From Minisyncoccota bacterium (GTDB lineage: Bacteria > Patescibacteriota > Minisyncoccia > Phycocordibacterales > UBA1006), in assembly GCA_036405175.1 (NCBI GenBank), contig DASWYC010000002.1, positions 321,700 to 385,699 on the forward strand: 64,000 nt of DNA, in the 5' to 3' direction. Shown here piece by piece: positions 20,446 through 29,773 of the stretch. The position numbers and the translations under genes were made by a program. Under the pieces are notes generated by a model, which saw only the letters and a list, made by a program, of their open reading frames with translations, had not been told where the DNA came from and searched no databases. The stretch's first letter is position 1. Each line of letters opens with the position of its first letter.

Positions 20446-20492
20446 CCCAATTTTATGCCACTTTATCCCACTTCTTACCACTTTATTGTACA
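20446..20492 (-). promoter_or_regulatory. mraZ -10 box and MraZ-binding direct repeats
   Basis: TGTACAAT followed by three AAGTGG repeats at exact 10-bp period (20478, 20468, 20458) and a degenerate fourth, matching known MraZ GTGG repeats. Confidence 0.8.
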
Positions 20493-20596
20493 CCAGTGGG
20501 ATTGCGATGGTTTTTCGGGGATGTGAATAACTTTATCGGAAATTTATCCGATTATTTAAATACGAGGTTTCACTGCTGTTTATATTAGATTTGTAA

Positions 20597-20637
20597 AAAA
20601 AAGAGCCGGAAAAGCTTCGCTTTTCCGGCTCTTTTTT
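20597..20637. terminator. strong terminator after lysS
   Basis: AAAAAAGAGCCGGAAAAGC-TTC-GCTTTTCCGGCTCTTTTTT. Confidence 0.85.
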
Positions 20638-20647
20638 AAAAATATCT

Positions 20648-22111
20648 TTATTCCTCAATCTTTTGCTTTACTAACGGAAACAACGTAACATCACGCAAGG
20701 TCTTTCCTTCTAAAATTGCAAAGAGGCGTTCTCCAAATCCAAACCCACAGGTTGGCGGCATGCCGTATTCAAGCATATCCACAAATTCCCATTCAGGCAT
20801 CATTGCTTCATCATCACCCCGTTCAATCAACTGCTGCTGTTCTTCAAAACGAGCACGCTGATCAATGGGATCATTCAACTCAGAAAATCCATTTCCCACT
20901 TCTGTTCCCGCAATGATTGGCTGGAATCGTTCTGTTTTGCGAGGATCAGATTCTAGGCGCTTTGAAAGCGGAGAAACTAATACTGGATGATGCACTAAAA
21001 ATGCTGGTCCAGAAATTTGCTTGCGGCAATACTTCCACAATGAATCAATCATTCTTTCGCGAGTAGTTCCATCAAACTTTACCCCAAGCTCTTTGAGTTT
21101 TTCTAAAATAATTTCGTCCGCATCGTCAAAAATATTAATGCCGGTTCGTTTTTGAACTTCTTCTGCATAATCAAGTTCAACCCATTCATCTGCTAAATTA
21201 AATGTGTGACCTTTTGATTCAAATTGAGTAGTTCCCCAAACTTCTTGTGCAAGTTTAAGGTACAAATCACGTACCACTTTCATTCCTTTTTTATAGTCGC
21301 TATATGCCTCGTAGTATTCAAGGTTAGTAAATTCCTGCAAGTGATCTGGGCTACTTCCTTCATTTCTATACACACGTCCAATTTCAAACGTCTTTGGCAG
21401 CATTCCCGCCATCAAACGCTTTTGCCACAATTCTCCCACGGAAATTCTTAAATATACATCAACATCATAATCTTTATGATGCGTTTTAAATGGATTTGCT
21501 TCTGCTCCTCCAGTGGTTACTTCTAACGTTGGTGTTTCAACTTCGGTAAAATTTTTATCCAAAAAGAACTGGCGGGTCACATTCCAAAACTTTGAACGGC
21601 GCGCAAACATGGCGCGCATCTCCGGATCAATAGCCAAAGAAAGATAGCGCTTACGAAGCTGCTCTTCTTGATCAGCAAGTCCATACCAAGAATCAGGTAA
21701 CGGCATAAGCGACTTGGTAAGCATATTCCAATTTGAAATCATCAAACTTTGTTCACCGCGTTTAGTAACAAATACTGTTCCGGTAACTTCAATAAAGTCA
21801 CTCGTGTCAACCGTATTTACAAATAAATCAAAAACTTGTTCTTCAATTTCGTCCTTTTTTAATACCGCCTGAAATTGTGCAGTTCCATCACTTAGTACCA
21901 CAAACAAAATTCCTCCTTGTCCGCGGATTGCCACTACACGTCCAGCTAACACTACAATGTCTTGAGAAGATTCAAGTGTTGAAAATTGTTCAATCACTTC
22001 AGCAAGTGTATGAGTCATGTCAGTATGTGCCTGATACGGATTCATACCCGCCTGCTTAAGGAGTTCAAGTTTAGGAATACGCGCGTCGATAATTTCTTGC
22101 TTTGATGCCAT
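20648..22111 (-). CDS. lysS: lysyl-tRNA synthetase (class II)
   Basis: OB-fold LAGRV, GGAEANPFKTH, YRNEG and YGMPPTCGFGFG. Confidence 0.97.
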   Translation of the reverse strand: MASKQEIIDARIPKLELLKQAGMNPYQAHTDMTHTLAEVIEQFSTLESSQDIVVLAGRVVAIRGQGGILFVVLSDGTAQFQAVLKKDEIEEQVFDLFVNTVDTSDFIEVTGTVFVTKRGEQSLMISNWNMLTKSLMPLPDSWYGLADQEEQLRKRYLSLAIDPEMRAMFARRSKFWNVTRQFFLDKNFTEVETPTLEVTTGGAEANPFKTHHKDYDVDVYLRISVGELWQKRLMAGMLPKTFEIGRVYRNEGSSPDHLQEFTNLEYYEAYSDYKKGMKVVRDLYLKLAQEVWGTTQFESKGHTFNLADEWVELDYAEEVQKRTGINIFDDADEIILEKLKELGVKFDGTTRERMIDSLWKYCRKQISGPAFLVHHPVLVSPLSKRLESDPRKTERFQPIIAGTEVGNGFSELNDPIDQRARFEEQQQLIERGDDEAMMPEWEFVDMLEYGMPPTCGFGFGERLFAILEGKTLRDVTLFPLVKQKIEE

Positions 22112-22114
22112 ATA

Positions 22115-22570
22115 TTATGAGATTGAAATAATTTCGTAAATAGTTTCTCCTGAGGGAGACTGAACCGAGAATCGTTCACCTTCTCCACGACCTTTCATTG
22201 CTGCACCAATTGGTGACGCTAATGAAATACGCCCCGTAGCAACATCAACTTCCTCTTGTCCAACAATAGTAAAATCACGGGTGGTGCCATCAGTAGTTTT
22301 CTTCACCGTAACCACCGCACCATAGGCAACAGAGGTATTCTTTTTTCCAGCAGCAATAACTTTTGCCTCCTTAATCATCTGCTCAAGCTCACCAATGCGA
22401 AACTCATTAGCTTTTTGTTGGTCTAATGCACCGTGGTATTCAGAATTTTCCTTCAAATCACCGTATTCTTTTGCAGTACGAACACTATCACTAATTTTTG
22501 CACGTACAACTTCTTTACGATTACGCAATTCATCTTTAAGTGTATCGAGATGCTCCTGAGACATTTCCAT
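22115..22570 (-). CDS. greA: transcription elongation factor GreA
   Basis: GDLKENSEY and ISLASPIGAA. Confidence 0.95.
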   Translation of the reverse strand: MEMSQEHLDTLKDELRNRKEVVRAKISDSVRTAKEYGDLKENSEYHGALDQQKANEFRIGELEQMIKEAKVIAAGKKNTSVAYGAVVTVKKTTDGTTRDFTIVGQEEVDVATGRISLASPIGAAMKGRGEGERFSVQSPSGETIYEIISIS

Positions 22571-22604
22571 AATGCTTACATCATAATAATTTTACAGAAT
22601 CAAG

Positions 22605-23819
22605 TCAATGAAGAGTATTATCAATCACAATGCGTATATCCTCAGCATTATCCGGCACATTGGTAAGCCAAAACGGCTGCAATTGAACACGAACACTTTC
22701 TATTGGAAAGTTTTTAGCACTCAAAAGACTGCGAATACGAGCAATTGGTTGGCCATTAATAGCTGCAACAATTGCCTGTTCATCAGGCTTTCGCACAAAT
22801 ACGGTTTCACTTTGCTGAACAATATATGGCTGACTACCATCAAATGTCAGAATAAATTCCGGCAGCGATTTTTCTAATTGACGAACCATTACGTTACGCA
22901 CCGTCTCAATTGGCAATGTTGATTGGTTGTATACATATGAATACCAATCGTTCTTTTTCATAAGATAAATTTGATATGTTCCACGGAGTGAAATCTCGGG
23001 AGTTTTTAATAGTGTATTGATATTTGGCTCATCATATGCGAGTGAGCTTTTATTATCGATCTTAAACGCACCCGTAAGTGATAACGAGTACGCTTTTTCT
23101 TGGAGAACAAATTGAAGTTCTTTTTTAAGCTCCTCAACAATCTTATCTTCTGCAGCATCATTCATGAGTGGCTTATCTCCCACAAATCCTCCAGCAATTC
23201 CATTTTCTTGTACGATAGCATATTGAAGCGATATGCGAGGATCATTACGCTCATACCATGCGTTCACCTGAAGGGTTGTATCTTTTTTTAGATTATATTC
23301 TTGCCCCGGTTCGAGTGCCTCAATCGTTGCTAATGTTTTTGAAGGTGCAGCAGGTGTTCCTGATGGAAGTACGATCTTTTCTCCCACCAATGCGTAGAGC
23401 TTCTTCGTGGTTGGATTAATGAACTTTGTCCCCTCGGTAAAAAGTTGCGTGGTTGGATTGGTATTGGTGATAGAAATCACTCCCCTACTTTTTGTTGAAA
23501 CGTATTCTGTTGGAAGATTTTCAATGGCACGTTTTGCCGTGTATTCAAAATTTACGGGAACAATTGGGATGGTAGTAAGCGCCGGTTGATTCTCCATGTT
23601 AATAGAAGCCACTTCATATGCCGGTGCCTGATTATTGCTGTCAAACGGAACTTTTTCTGGGGTGATAATCAGGGTGATTTTTTGATAGTGATTTCCTAAA
23701 TAATAACAACCGGACAAGATTGCAAGTGTTCCAAGAATGATGGCCCATGTGCGTGTTCGAGAGCGAACAACTTTTGCTTCCTGATCACGAGTCTTTTTGA
23801 GAGGCGTATTCGTGCGCAT
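22605..23819 (-). CDS. membrane-anchored protein with a baseplate J/gp47-like beta domain
   Basis: N-terminal TM; SRGVISITN..GTKF..IEALEPGQEYNL..AGG pattern and C-terminal PFWLTNVP. Start moved to MRTNT. Confidence 0.65.
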   Translation of the reverse strand: MRTNTPLKKTRDQEAKVVRSRTRTWAIILGTLAILSGCYYLGNHYQKITLIITPEKVPFDSNNQAPAYEVASINMENQPALTTIPIVPVNFEYTAKRAIENLPTEYVSTKSRGVISITNTNPTTQLFTEGTKFINPTTKKLYALVGEKIVLPSGTPAAPSKTLATIEALEPGQEYNLKKDTTLQVNAWYERNDPRISLQYAIVQENGIAGGFVGDKPLMNDAAEDKIVEELKKELQFVLQEKAYSLSLTGAFKIDNKSSLAYDEPNINTLLKTPEISLRGTYQIYLMKKNDWYSYVYNQSTLPIETVRNVMVRQLEKSLPEFILTFDGSQPYIVQQSETVFVRKPDEQAIVAAINGQPIARIRSLLSAKNFPIESVRVQLQPFWLTNVPDNAEDIRIVIDNTLH

Positions 23820-23862
23820 AATCGTAGTACAGTATACAATAATCCCGACTGGGCGGACATAC

Positions 23863-23892
23863 AAAAGAGCACCTTTTACCATAAAGGTGCTC
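23863..23892 (-). terminator. terminator after the 23917-24417 gene
   Basis: GAGCACCTTT...AAAGGTGCTC with a T run on the minus strand. Confidence 0.65.
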
Positions 23893-23916
23893 CTGAAACG
23901 GGTAAATTGAATACCC

Positions 23917-24417
23917 CTAACTAAAACCTAATTTATTTGCCCAGGACTCATTCATGTCAAATAAATCATCCAGCTTAAATCTTTCTGAGCGTGGAAAGAA
24001 TATTTTTTCCAAGATATGCAACACTATGTACACAATGTTGAAAACTAAAACACAGACCCATGCAGTCACGAACATAGAGATTGCAAGCCCTACGAGAGTT
24101 CCTAAGAAGCCGACCACAATATAAGGAAAGAACAATGACACTACTGGATCATTAGGGTATAACCAATAAGGACCCGTGCACACCATTTCGATCTTTATGA
24201 TAGATGCAATGAATATACAGAATCCCGTCACCATAAAACCATCAGGTATCTCGCATACTGTGGCGATAACTAAAGCTGCTCCCAAAATTATCCCCTGCCA
24301 TTTTGCAAACCGTTCTATCTCAGTAACGTACGTAAAGTCTATTCCTGTGTAAAATAGATAGTTAACCAAAAGTAACCCTACAATGAGGAGAAACTCCACT
24401 ATTGGATTTGGTTTCAT
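23917..24417 (-). CDS. multi-TM hypothetical protein
   Basis: About 4-5 hydrophobic segments; own AU-rich leader and terminator. Confidence 0.7.
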   Translation of the reverse strand: MKPNPIVEFLLIVGLLLVNYLFYTGIDFTYVTEIERFAKWQGIILGAALVIATVCEIPDGFMVTGFCIFIASIIKIEMVCTGPYWLYPNDPVVSLFFPYIVVGFLGTLVGLAISMFVTAWVCVLVFNIVYIVLHILEKIFFPRSERFKLDDLFDMNESWANKLGFS

Positions 24418-24478
24418 TTTTCTTAATTTGGTTTAGTAAAAAAATAAGTTTATTTAAACTAACTATACTAACCAAAAA

Positions 24479-26365
24479 TTAGTCAGTCAATGACGCTTTG
24501 ATTCTTCGCACGCCTTGTGATGAAGCTTCTTCTTTCAAAATCTTAAACGTTCCCAAATCAGCAGTATTGGTTGCATGTGGTCCTCCACAGAATTCTTTAC
24601 TAATTGCATGCTCAATATCATTTCCAATCACATATACAGAAACAACCTCCGGATATTTTGCACCAAATTCCATTTCTGCTCCAATCTTTTCCGCCTCTTC
24701 TTTTTTCATTTCATGACGCGTCATCGGCAAACCTTCTTTGATCCATGTATTCACAAGTTCTTCAACTTCTTTTAGTTGCTCAGCGGTAACTTTTTCTGGA
24801 TGAGAAAAATCAATACGTAAACGCTCCTCGGTAATATTTGAACCTTTTTGATGAACATGTGATCCCAAAACTTTTTGCAGCGCTGCCAACAACAGGTGAT
24901 GAGCAGTGTGCAGTTTAATAGTTGCTTCTTTTGAATCTTCAAGTCCACCCTTAAAGCGCGCTTCTCCTCCCACGCGAGACATTTCCTGGTGAGCAGCTTT
25001 TGCCTTTTCAAATTCTTCTTTATTAATTGAAATTCCGTTCTCTTTAAGAAGTTCTTCGGTTAACTCATACGGAAATCCGTGTGTCTCATACAATTCAAAC
25101 ACAAGAGCTCCTGACGCCATACCAGAATGTGAAAGATCTTTAATATGTTCAAGTTCCTTCATTCCTTTTACAATAACTTTTCTAAAGCGCTCTTCTTCAA
25201 GAAGCAATTCATTCAAAATTGATTCTTTATTAGTTTTAAGGAAGTCGTAATAATCCCCGAATGAGCTAATAATTTCTTCTGCAATTAATTTGATAGCTCC
25301 TTCGCCTGCACCAATCACATCAAGGTAACGCACCACGCGACGAATCAATCGACGGGTAAAATATCCCTGATCTTTTTTTGAAGGAATCACACCTTGCCCA
25401 AGCAAAAAGGTTGCTCCACGAATATGATCAAGAATGATTCTGTATGATTTAGTGTATTGTTCATTGTGATAGCTGGTTCCAGAAATTTTTTCAAGTACTT
25501 CAATACCATTTCCAAATGCATCAGTCTCAAATACATCTGCAATATTATTGATTGCTGCCGTCATGCGCTCAAGCCCTCCTCCAAAATCAACATTCTTGTT
25601 TTTTAATTCTTCAAAACCGTTTTCAGTTTTAATGAATTGCATAAACACATTGTTTCCAATTTCAATAAAGCGTCCACAGTCACAGTTTGGATGACAAGGC
25701 TCATCTTTCCATTCACTATTAGCATGCAAACCTTTTTCAAGAGTTGGATCAAAATCAAAAAACATTTCTGTGTCTCCTCCTCCCGGTTCACCGTTTGGCA
25801 TATTAGCTGGTGCACCTACGCGACTCCACCAGTTCTTTCTATCTCCATAAAAGAAAATTCTTTCACCTTCTTTCATACCATTAGTTGGAGTTTCAGAAAT
25901 TTCAGCAGTAATTCCTACTGATGCAAAGAGCTCCTTCCACAATGCTGCAGCTTCATTATCTTTTGGAAGTCCGAGCGATTCGTTTCCGCTGTAACAAGAA
26001 ATATATAAATTATGAGGATCAAGACCTTGTTCTTGTATCAAAAATTCAAACATCCAGTTGATCTGTTCGGTTTTAAAATATTCTCCAAAACTCCAGTTAC
26101 CAAGCATTTCAAAAAATGTGGTGTGACGATTATCTCCAATCTCTTCAATATCTTCCGCACGGAAACAAATTTGGGAATCTGAAATTCGAGTACCCATTGG
26201 ATGTTTTTCTCCCAGCAAGTACGGAAGCATTGGCTGCATTCCTGATCCGGTAAAAAGGGTTGTTGGATCGTTATTAGGAACAATAGACGAAGAAGGCACA
26301 ATCACATGCCCTTTTGACGCCATAAAATCAAGATATTTTGAACGAATAGTATGTACGGAAATCAT
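24479..26365 (-). CDS. alaS: alanyl-tRNA synthetase (short; no C-Ala domain)
   Basis: DPTTLFTGSGMQP, HTTFFEMLGNWSFG, HTAHH and EFCGGPH. Start moved to MISVH. Confidence 0.97.
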   Translation of the reverse strand: MISVHTIRSKYLDFMASKGHVIVPSSSIVPNNDPTTLFTGSGMQPMLPYLLGEKHPMGTRISDSQICFRAEDIEEIGDNRHTTFFEMLGNWSFGEYFKTEQINWMFEFLIQEQGLDPHNLYISCYSGNESLGLPKDNEAAALWKELFASVGITAEISETPTNGMKEGERIFFYGDRKNWWSRVGAPANMPNGEPGGGDTEMFFDFDPTLEKGLHANSEWKDEPCHPNCDCGRFIEIGNNVFMQFIKTENGFEELKNKNVDFGGGLERMTAAINNIADVFETDAFGNGIEVLEKISGTSYHNEQYTKSYRIILDHIRGATFLLGQGVIPSKKDQGYFTRRLIRRVVRYLDVIGAGEGAIKLIAEEIISSFGDYYDFLKTNKESILNELLLEEERFRKVIVKGMKELEHIKDLSHSGMASGALVFELYETHGFPYELTEELLKENGISINKEEFEKAKAAHQEMSRVGGEARFKGGLEDSKEATIKLHTAHHLLLAALQKVLGSHVHQKGSNITEERLRIDFSHPEKVTAEQLKEVEELVNTWIKEGLPMTRHEMKKEEAEKIGAEMEFGAKYPEVVSVYVIGNDIEHAISKEFCGGPHATNTADLGTFKILKEEASSQGVRRIKASLTD

Positions 26366-26451
26366 TGCTTTATTGTACAGATTTTTGGGAATAAAAAAAG
26401 AGCCATCTGAATTATTCCAGAATGGCCCAAGCAAGAAATAGTCGAAAGAAC

Positions 26452-26970
26452 TTACCCTAAACGCCTATAGAAAAATGCAACGTGCGTTGCCACTTCCAGA
26501 ACTTTCTCATTCTTGATAATTGTGGAGTCTGTAAGAACTTTCCAATGAATATGAGTATCAGTCACCAATGACTTTCTCACTATAGCCCTTCCTTTTGTGG
26601 AGTTCATCATAACTATACCCTCTGGAAGATCTCCTGCATTATGAGGGTCTCCAAATATTATATTTATTTCACTCAGGGTTAAGTCGCAAGCCTCTTTGTC
26701 CTTTTGTGTAATAAATTCCTCCAATGTATCCATAGAAACAAAATGAGGAATTAAATACACTTGTATCACTCCCTTAAATCCAGTGCCTGCTGAAGATAAA
26801 TCAAATGCAGACGCAAGCCTAAAATCTTTAAGTGTGATCTGATTGGTAAGTTGTTCAGTTAGTTGCCTAACCTTATTTCTTAAACGATAGATAACACAAC
26901 CTGCACCTAAACCTAAAAAGAAGACAACAATGCCTGCTGTCAGAATAATACCCAAAGTATCCTTATCCAT
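26452..26970 (-). CDS. hypothetical protein with an N-terminal TM
   Basis: TM at residues 7-29; upstream TTGATA..TGGTATAAA promoter. Confidence 0.7.
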   Translation of the reverse strand: MDKDTLGIILTAGIVVFFLGLGAGCVIYRLRNKVRQLTEQLTNQITLKDFRLASAFDLSSAGTGFKGVIQVYLIPHFVSMDTLEEFITQKDKEACDLTLSEINIIFGDPHNAGDLPEGIVMMNSTKGRAIVRKSLVTDTHIHWKVLTDSTIIKNEKVLEVATHVAFFYRRLG

Positions 26971-27047
26971 AATATGTAATTGTTTAAATTGTGAACGATA
27001 GTAAATTTATACCATAAAATATTAAAATATCAAGACTACCATATATC

Positions 27048-27234
27048 TTGTAAAAACCAGCTTTTTATGCCATACTAATCCCACTCTTACATATTGTTTT
27101 AAAGGCTTTTTACAAGCTTTTGCCCCACCAAGGGTTCATGAGGAGCCTCGCGCTCACCTCAGCAAGATGAAAGAAAATTAATCATAATGAGCTCGGCACG
27201 TATTACGTGCTGCAACTCACCATACATTTCTACT
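27048..27234 (+). promoter_or_regulatory. rpsB promoter and ~150-nt structured 5' UTR (possible S2 autoregulatory leader)
   Basis: TTGTAA-N17-CATACT; GC-rich hairpins such as GCACGTATTACGTGC in the leader. Confidence 0.5.
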
Positions 27235-27894
27235 ATGTTAGAAAAACTCTACGAAGCAGGAGCACAGTACGGCTACTCAAAATCACGCCGTCACCCTTCT
27301 ACCACCAATTTCATTTTTGGTTCACGCAACCGATTTGATATTATCAACCTTGAAAAAACCGAGGAGCAACTCAAAAGTGCAATCAACTTCTTGAAATCAA
27401 TCCGTTCAACCGGAAAGCTCATGGTGCTTGTTGGAACCAAGCCAGAATCTCGCAATATTATTAAGAACATTGCAGAACGCGTTAACGCACCGTTTGTTAA
27501 TGAACGATGGATTGGAGGAACTCTTACCAACTTCTCAGAAATCCAGCGCCGTATTGCTATCTTGAATGATCTTGAAGCAAAGAAGGCTTCTAACGATTTG
27601 GTATTCAAGACTAAAAAGGAAAAGCTTATGCTTCTCCGTAAGATTGATAACCTTAACGTAACCTTTGGAGGACTTCGCTCAATGCAAGCTGTTCCAGGTG
27701 TACTTATTGTTGTTGATCCAAAGAAAGAATCTATTGCCGTTGAAGAAGCTCGTCGTAAGAATATTCCGGTTATTGCAATTGCAAACACCGACTGCGATAT
27801 TTCAACGCTCGACTTCCCAATCGTAATGAACGATGCATCAAAGAAGTCTGTTGAAGCAGCGCTCAATCTTCTTATCAACGAGGTAGTACAATAG
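27235..27894 (+). CDS. rpsB: 30S ribosomal protein S2
   Basis: VGTK, NERWIGGTLTNF, AVEEA and NTDCD..MND. Start moved to MLEKL. Confidence 0.97.
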   Translation: MLEKLYEAGAQYGYSKSRRHPSTTNFIFGSRNRFDIINLEKTEEQLKSAINFLKSIRSTGKLMVLVGTKPESRNIIKNIAERVNAPFVNERWIGGTLTNFSEIQRRIAILNDLEAKKASNDLVFKTKKEKLMLLRKIDNLNVTFGGLRSMQAVPGVLIVVDPKKESIAVEEARRKNIPVIAIANTDCDISTLDFPIVMNDASKKSVEAALNLLINEVVQ

Positions 27895-27925
27895 ACCTAC
27901 CATATTCGTAACCATACATATATTT

Positions 27926-28381
27926 ATGTCAATTTCAGTTGAAGATATTAAAACCCTTCGTGATGAGACCGGAATCTCAATGCAGAAATGCAAAGAAGCG
28001 CTTGAAAAAACCAATGGAAACATTGACGAAGCTCGCGCACTTTTGAAAGAAGAATCAGGAAAAGCAGCTGCTAAAAAAGCAGATCGCGAGTTTGGAGCAG
28101 GAGCCATCTTTACCTATGTTCATGCAACCAAAACTATTGGAACCATGATTGAACTCCTTTGCGAAACCGACTTTGTTGCAAAGAACGAAGTATTTGAAGA
28201 ACTCGGCAACAACATTGCGCTTCATGTAACAGCAATGAGCTCTACCGAGGAATCAATTCGTTCAGAAGGATTTGTGAAGGATCCAGAAACTACCATTGAA
28301 ACCTTGCTTGCTCAGGCAACTCAAAAGCTTGGAGAGCGTGTTGACATTGGACGCATTGCTCGTTTTGCAGTGCTCGACTAA
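27926..28381 (+). CDS. tsf: elongation factor Ts (short form)
   Basis: LRDETGISMQKCKEAL and ELLCETDFVAKN. Confidence 0.96.
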   Translation: MSISVEDIKTLRDETGISMQKCKEALEKTNGNIDEARALLKEESGKAAAKKADREFGAGAIFTYVHATKTIGTMIELLCETDFVAKNEVFEELGNNIALHVTAMSSTEESIRSEGFVKDPETTIETLLAQATQKLGERVDIGRIARFAVLD

Positions 28382-28386
28382 TTAGT

Positions 28387-28680
28387 ATGATGATCGTGTG
28401 GATAGCGCTTTTGGTGTTGTGGCTTACGCTGATAATTATGGGCGTAATGATCTATCAACAACCGGGCGCTATGCCGCATGAACGTCATTCACTTCACGAA
28501 TATCGCTTTGGAAACTATTGGTTTTCGGTTGACTATCTAAGGATTTTTACTACAATAAGAACACATCTCAAACGAATACAGCGTTTCTGGAAACGAGTGC
28601 TGGTCATCAATAGCCACAAAGTTGTTGATAAGCTGCATAAAGTTTCTAAGAAGCACGTTGATATTCTTGAGCAGCAATAA
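28387..28680 (+). CDS. hypothetical membrane protein
   Basis: N-terminal TM; lies between tsf and the tRNA. Confidence 0.6.
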   Translation: MMIVWIALLVLWLTLIIMGVMIYQQPGAMPHERHSLHEYRFGNYWFSVDYLRIFTTIRTHLKRIQRFWKRVLVINSHKVVDKLHKVSKKHVDILEQQ

Positions 28681-28694
28681 TTTGCTGAAAACGC

Positions 28695-28770
28695 GCCGGC
28701 GTAGCTCAGTTGGTAGAGCAACGGTTTTGTAAACCGTAGGTCATCGGTTCGAGCCCGATCTCCGGCTCCA
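28695..28770 (+). tRNA. tRNA-Thr(UGU)
   Basis: 76-nt cloverleaf GCCGGCG..TAGCTCAGTTGGTAGAGC; anticodon arm ACGGT-TTTGTAA-ACCGT; TTCGAGC T-loop; encoded CCA. Confidence 0.97.
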
Positions 28771-28808
28771 TTGAAAAATTCCCCAATTTCTGTTGGGGAA
28801 TTTTTCAA
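28771..28808. terminator. terminator after tRNA-Thr
   Basis: TTGAAAAATTCCCCAA...TTGGGGAATTTTTCAA. Confidence 0.8.
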
Positions 28809-28872
28809 TTGACTTTTGATCTGTTTAAATATACAGTTCAAGTGAATTTGTCACCTTCTAAACTTTACAACA

Positions 28873-29331
28873 ATGTTAAATCTCATTAAAAGGGATAGAC
28901 CCGTATCTTCTGGTCGCGCGCCCTATGCTTTACCTGTTAACGATAGTGAGAAAAAAGAAATGACCGCAAGAATGTTCGAACTCATCAAAAAGCAATTCCC
29001 ATTATTTTTTAGCGAACAATACACAGTGGGGGGATTTGCATTCCGCATCCTCAAAAAACCATGTTCGTTTGATCAGCTAGAAACTTTTCTACAAATTTCC
29101 ACCCGACTAATTTCGGAAAAGAATGAATCTCAACTACTAGAGCTTGTCCAACTCTTAAAAAGAGAAAATATTATCACTTCGCGAAACACCATCTATTTAA
29201 TTTCAGGCAAACCTCCGACAAAGAATTTTTCTTACTTTGACAAGAATGGTCTTCAAGTTTTATTCTTTGGAGATACTTCTAACGTTGGAAGCTACCAAAT
29301 ACCCTCCGGTTCAATAATTTTTCTCACGTAG
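28873..29331 (+). CDS. hypothetical protein (152 aa)
   Basis: TTGACT-N17-TACAGT promoter at ~28810; ends at the terminator 29344-29379. Confidence 0.7.
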   Translation: MLNLIKRDRPVSSGRAPYALPVNDSEKKEMTARMFELIKKQFPLFFSEQYTVGGFAFRILKKPCSFDQLETFLQISTRLISEKNESQLLELVQLLKRENIITSRNTIYLISGKPPTKNFSYFDKNGLQVLFFGDTSNVGSYQIPSGSIIFLT

Positions 29332-29343
29332 TTTTGGGTTAAG

Positions 29344-29379
29344 TATAAATACCGCTTTTAAATTAAAGCGGTATTTATA
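29344..29379. terminator. bidirectional terminator
   Basis: TATAAATACCGCTTT...AAAGCGGTATTTATA. Confidence 0.75.
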
Positions 29380-29396
29380 ATCTTGTTGATGCAGAT

Positions 29397-29687
29397 TTAT
29401 TTTTTGTTTTCTTTATTCTTCCATCCACACCATTTGATCAGATGGATGATTAATTTATATACTGCCGCAACCCCGAACAGTCCATAAACAACCTTTGCTA
29501 AAAATCCATAACCAAACAAAAATTCTACAAGATTAAAATTCCACAATCCGTAAAGCGACCAATTGATTCCTCCAATAACTAAGATAATAAGTGTTACGCG
29601 TTTGAGCACATGCCAATGCGAGTGGCATCCGCATGCGCCACATTCTTTACATTCCCCTTCTTTGCAAATTTCACAGGTGTTTTTCAT
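29397..29687 (-). CDS. DUF378-like membrane protein with a Cys/His-rich N-terminus
   Basis: LVIIGGINWSLYGLWNFNLVEFLFG..VVYGLFGVAA is DUF378-like. Confidence 0.8.
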   Translation of the reverse strand: MKNTCEICKEGECKECGACGCHSHWHVLKRVTLIILVIGGINWSLYGLWNFNLVEFLFGYGFLAKVVYGLFGVAAVYKLIIHLIKWCGWKNKENKK

Positions 29688-29773
29688 ATATTACAAGTAT
29701 ATAACAAAAAATAAGACCTCTTCTAATTTAGAAAAGGTCTTACACTTAAAACTTTTTACTTTCTTCTAATAAA

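Noticed and set aside
19050-22607. Alternative genetic code 25 (UGA=Gly), as in Gracilibacteria/Absconditabacteria
   Set aside because: Long conserved genes are intact under code 11, and TGA serves as a stop (rsmH, the 22605 gene).
27291-27878. Long antisense ORFs (also 809-1306, 31766-32209 and 62811-63332)
   Set aside because: They are shadow frames opposite rpsB, rseP/frr, rpoD and groEL caused by codon bias, with no independent signals.
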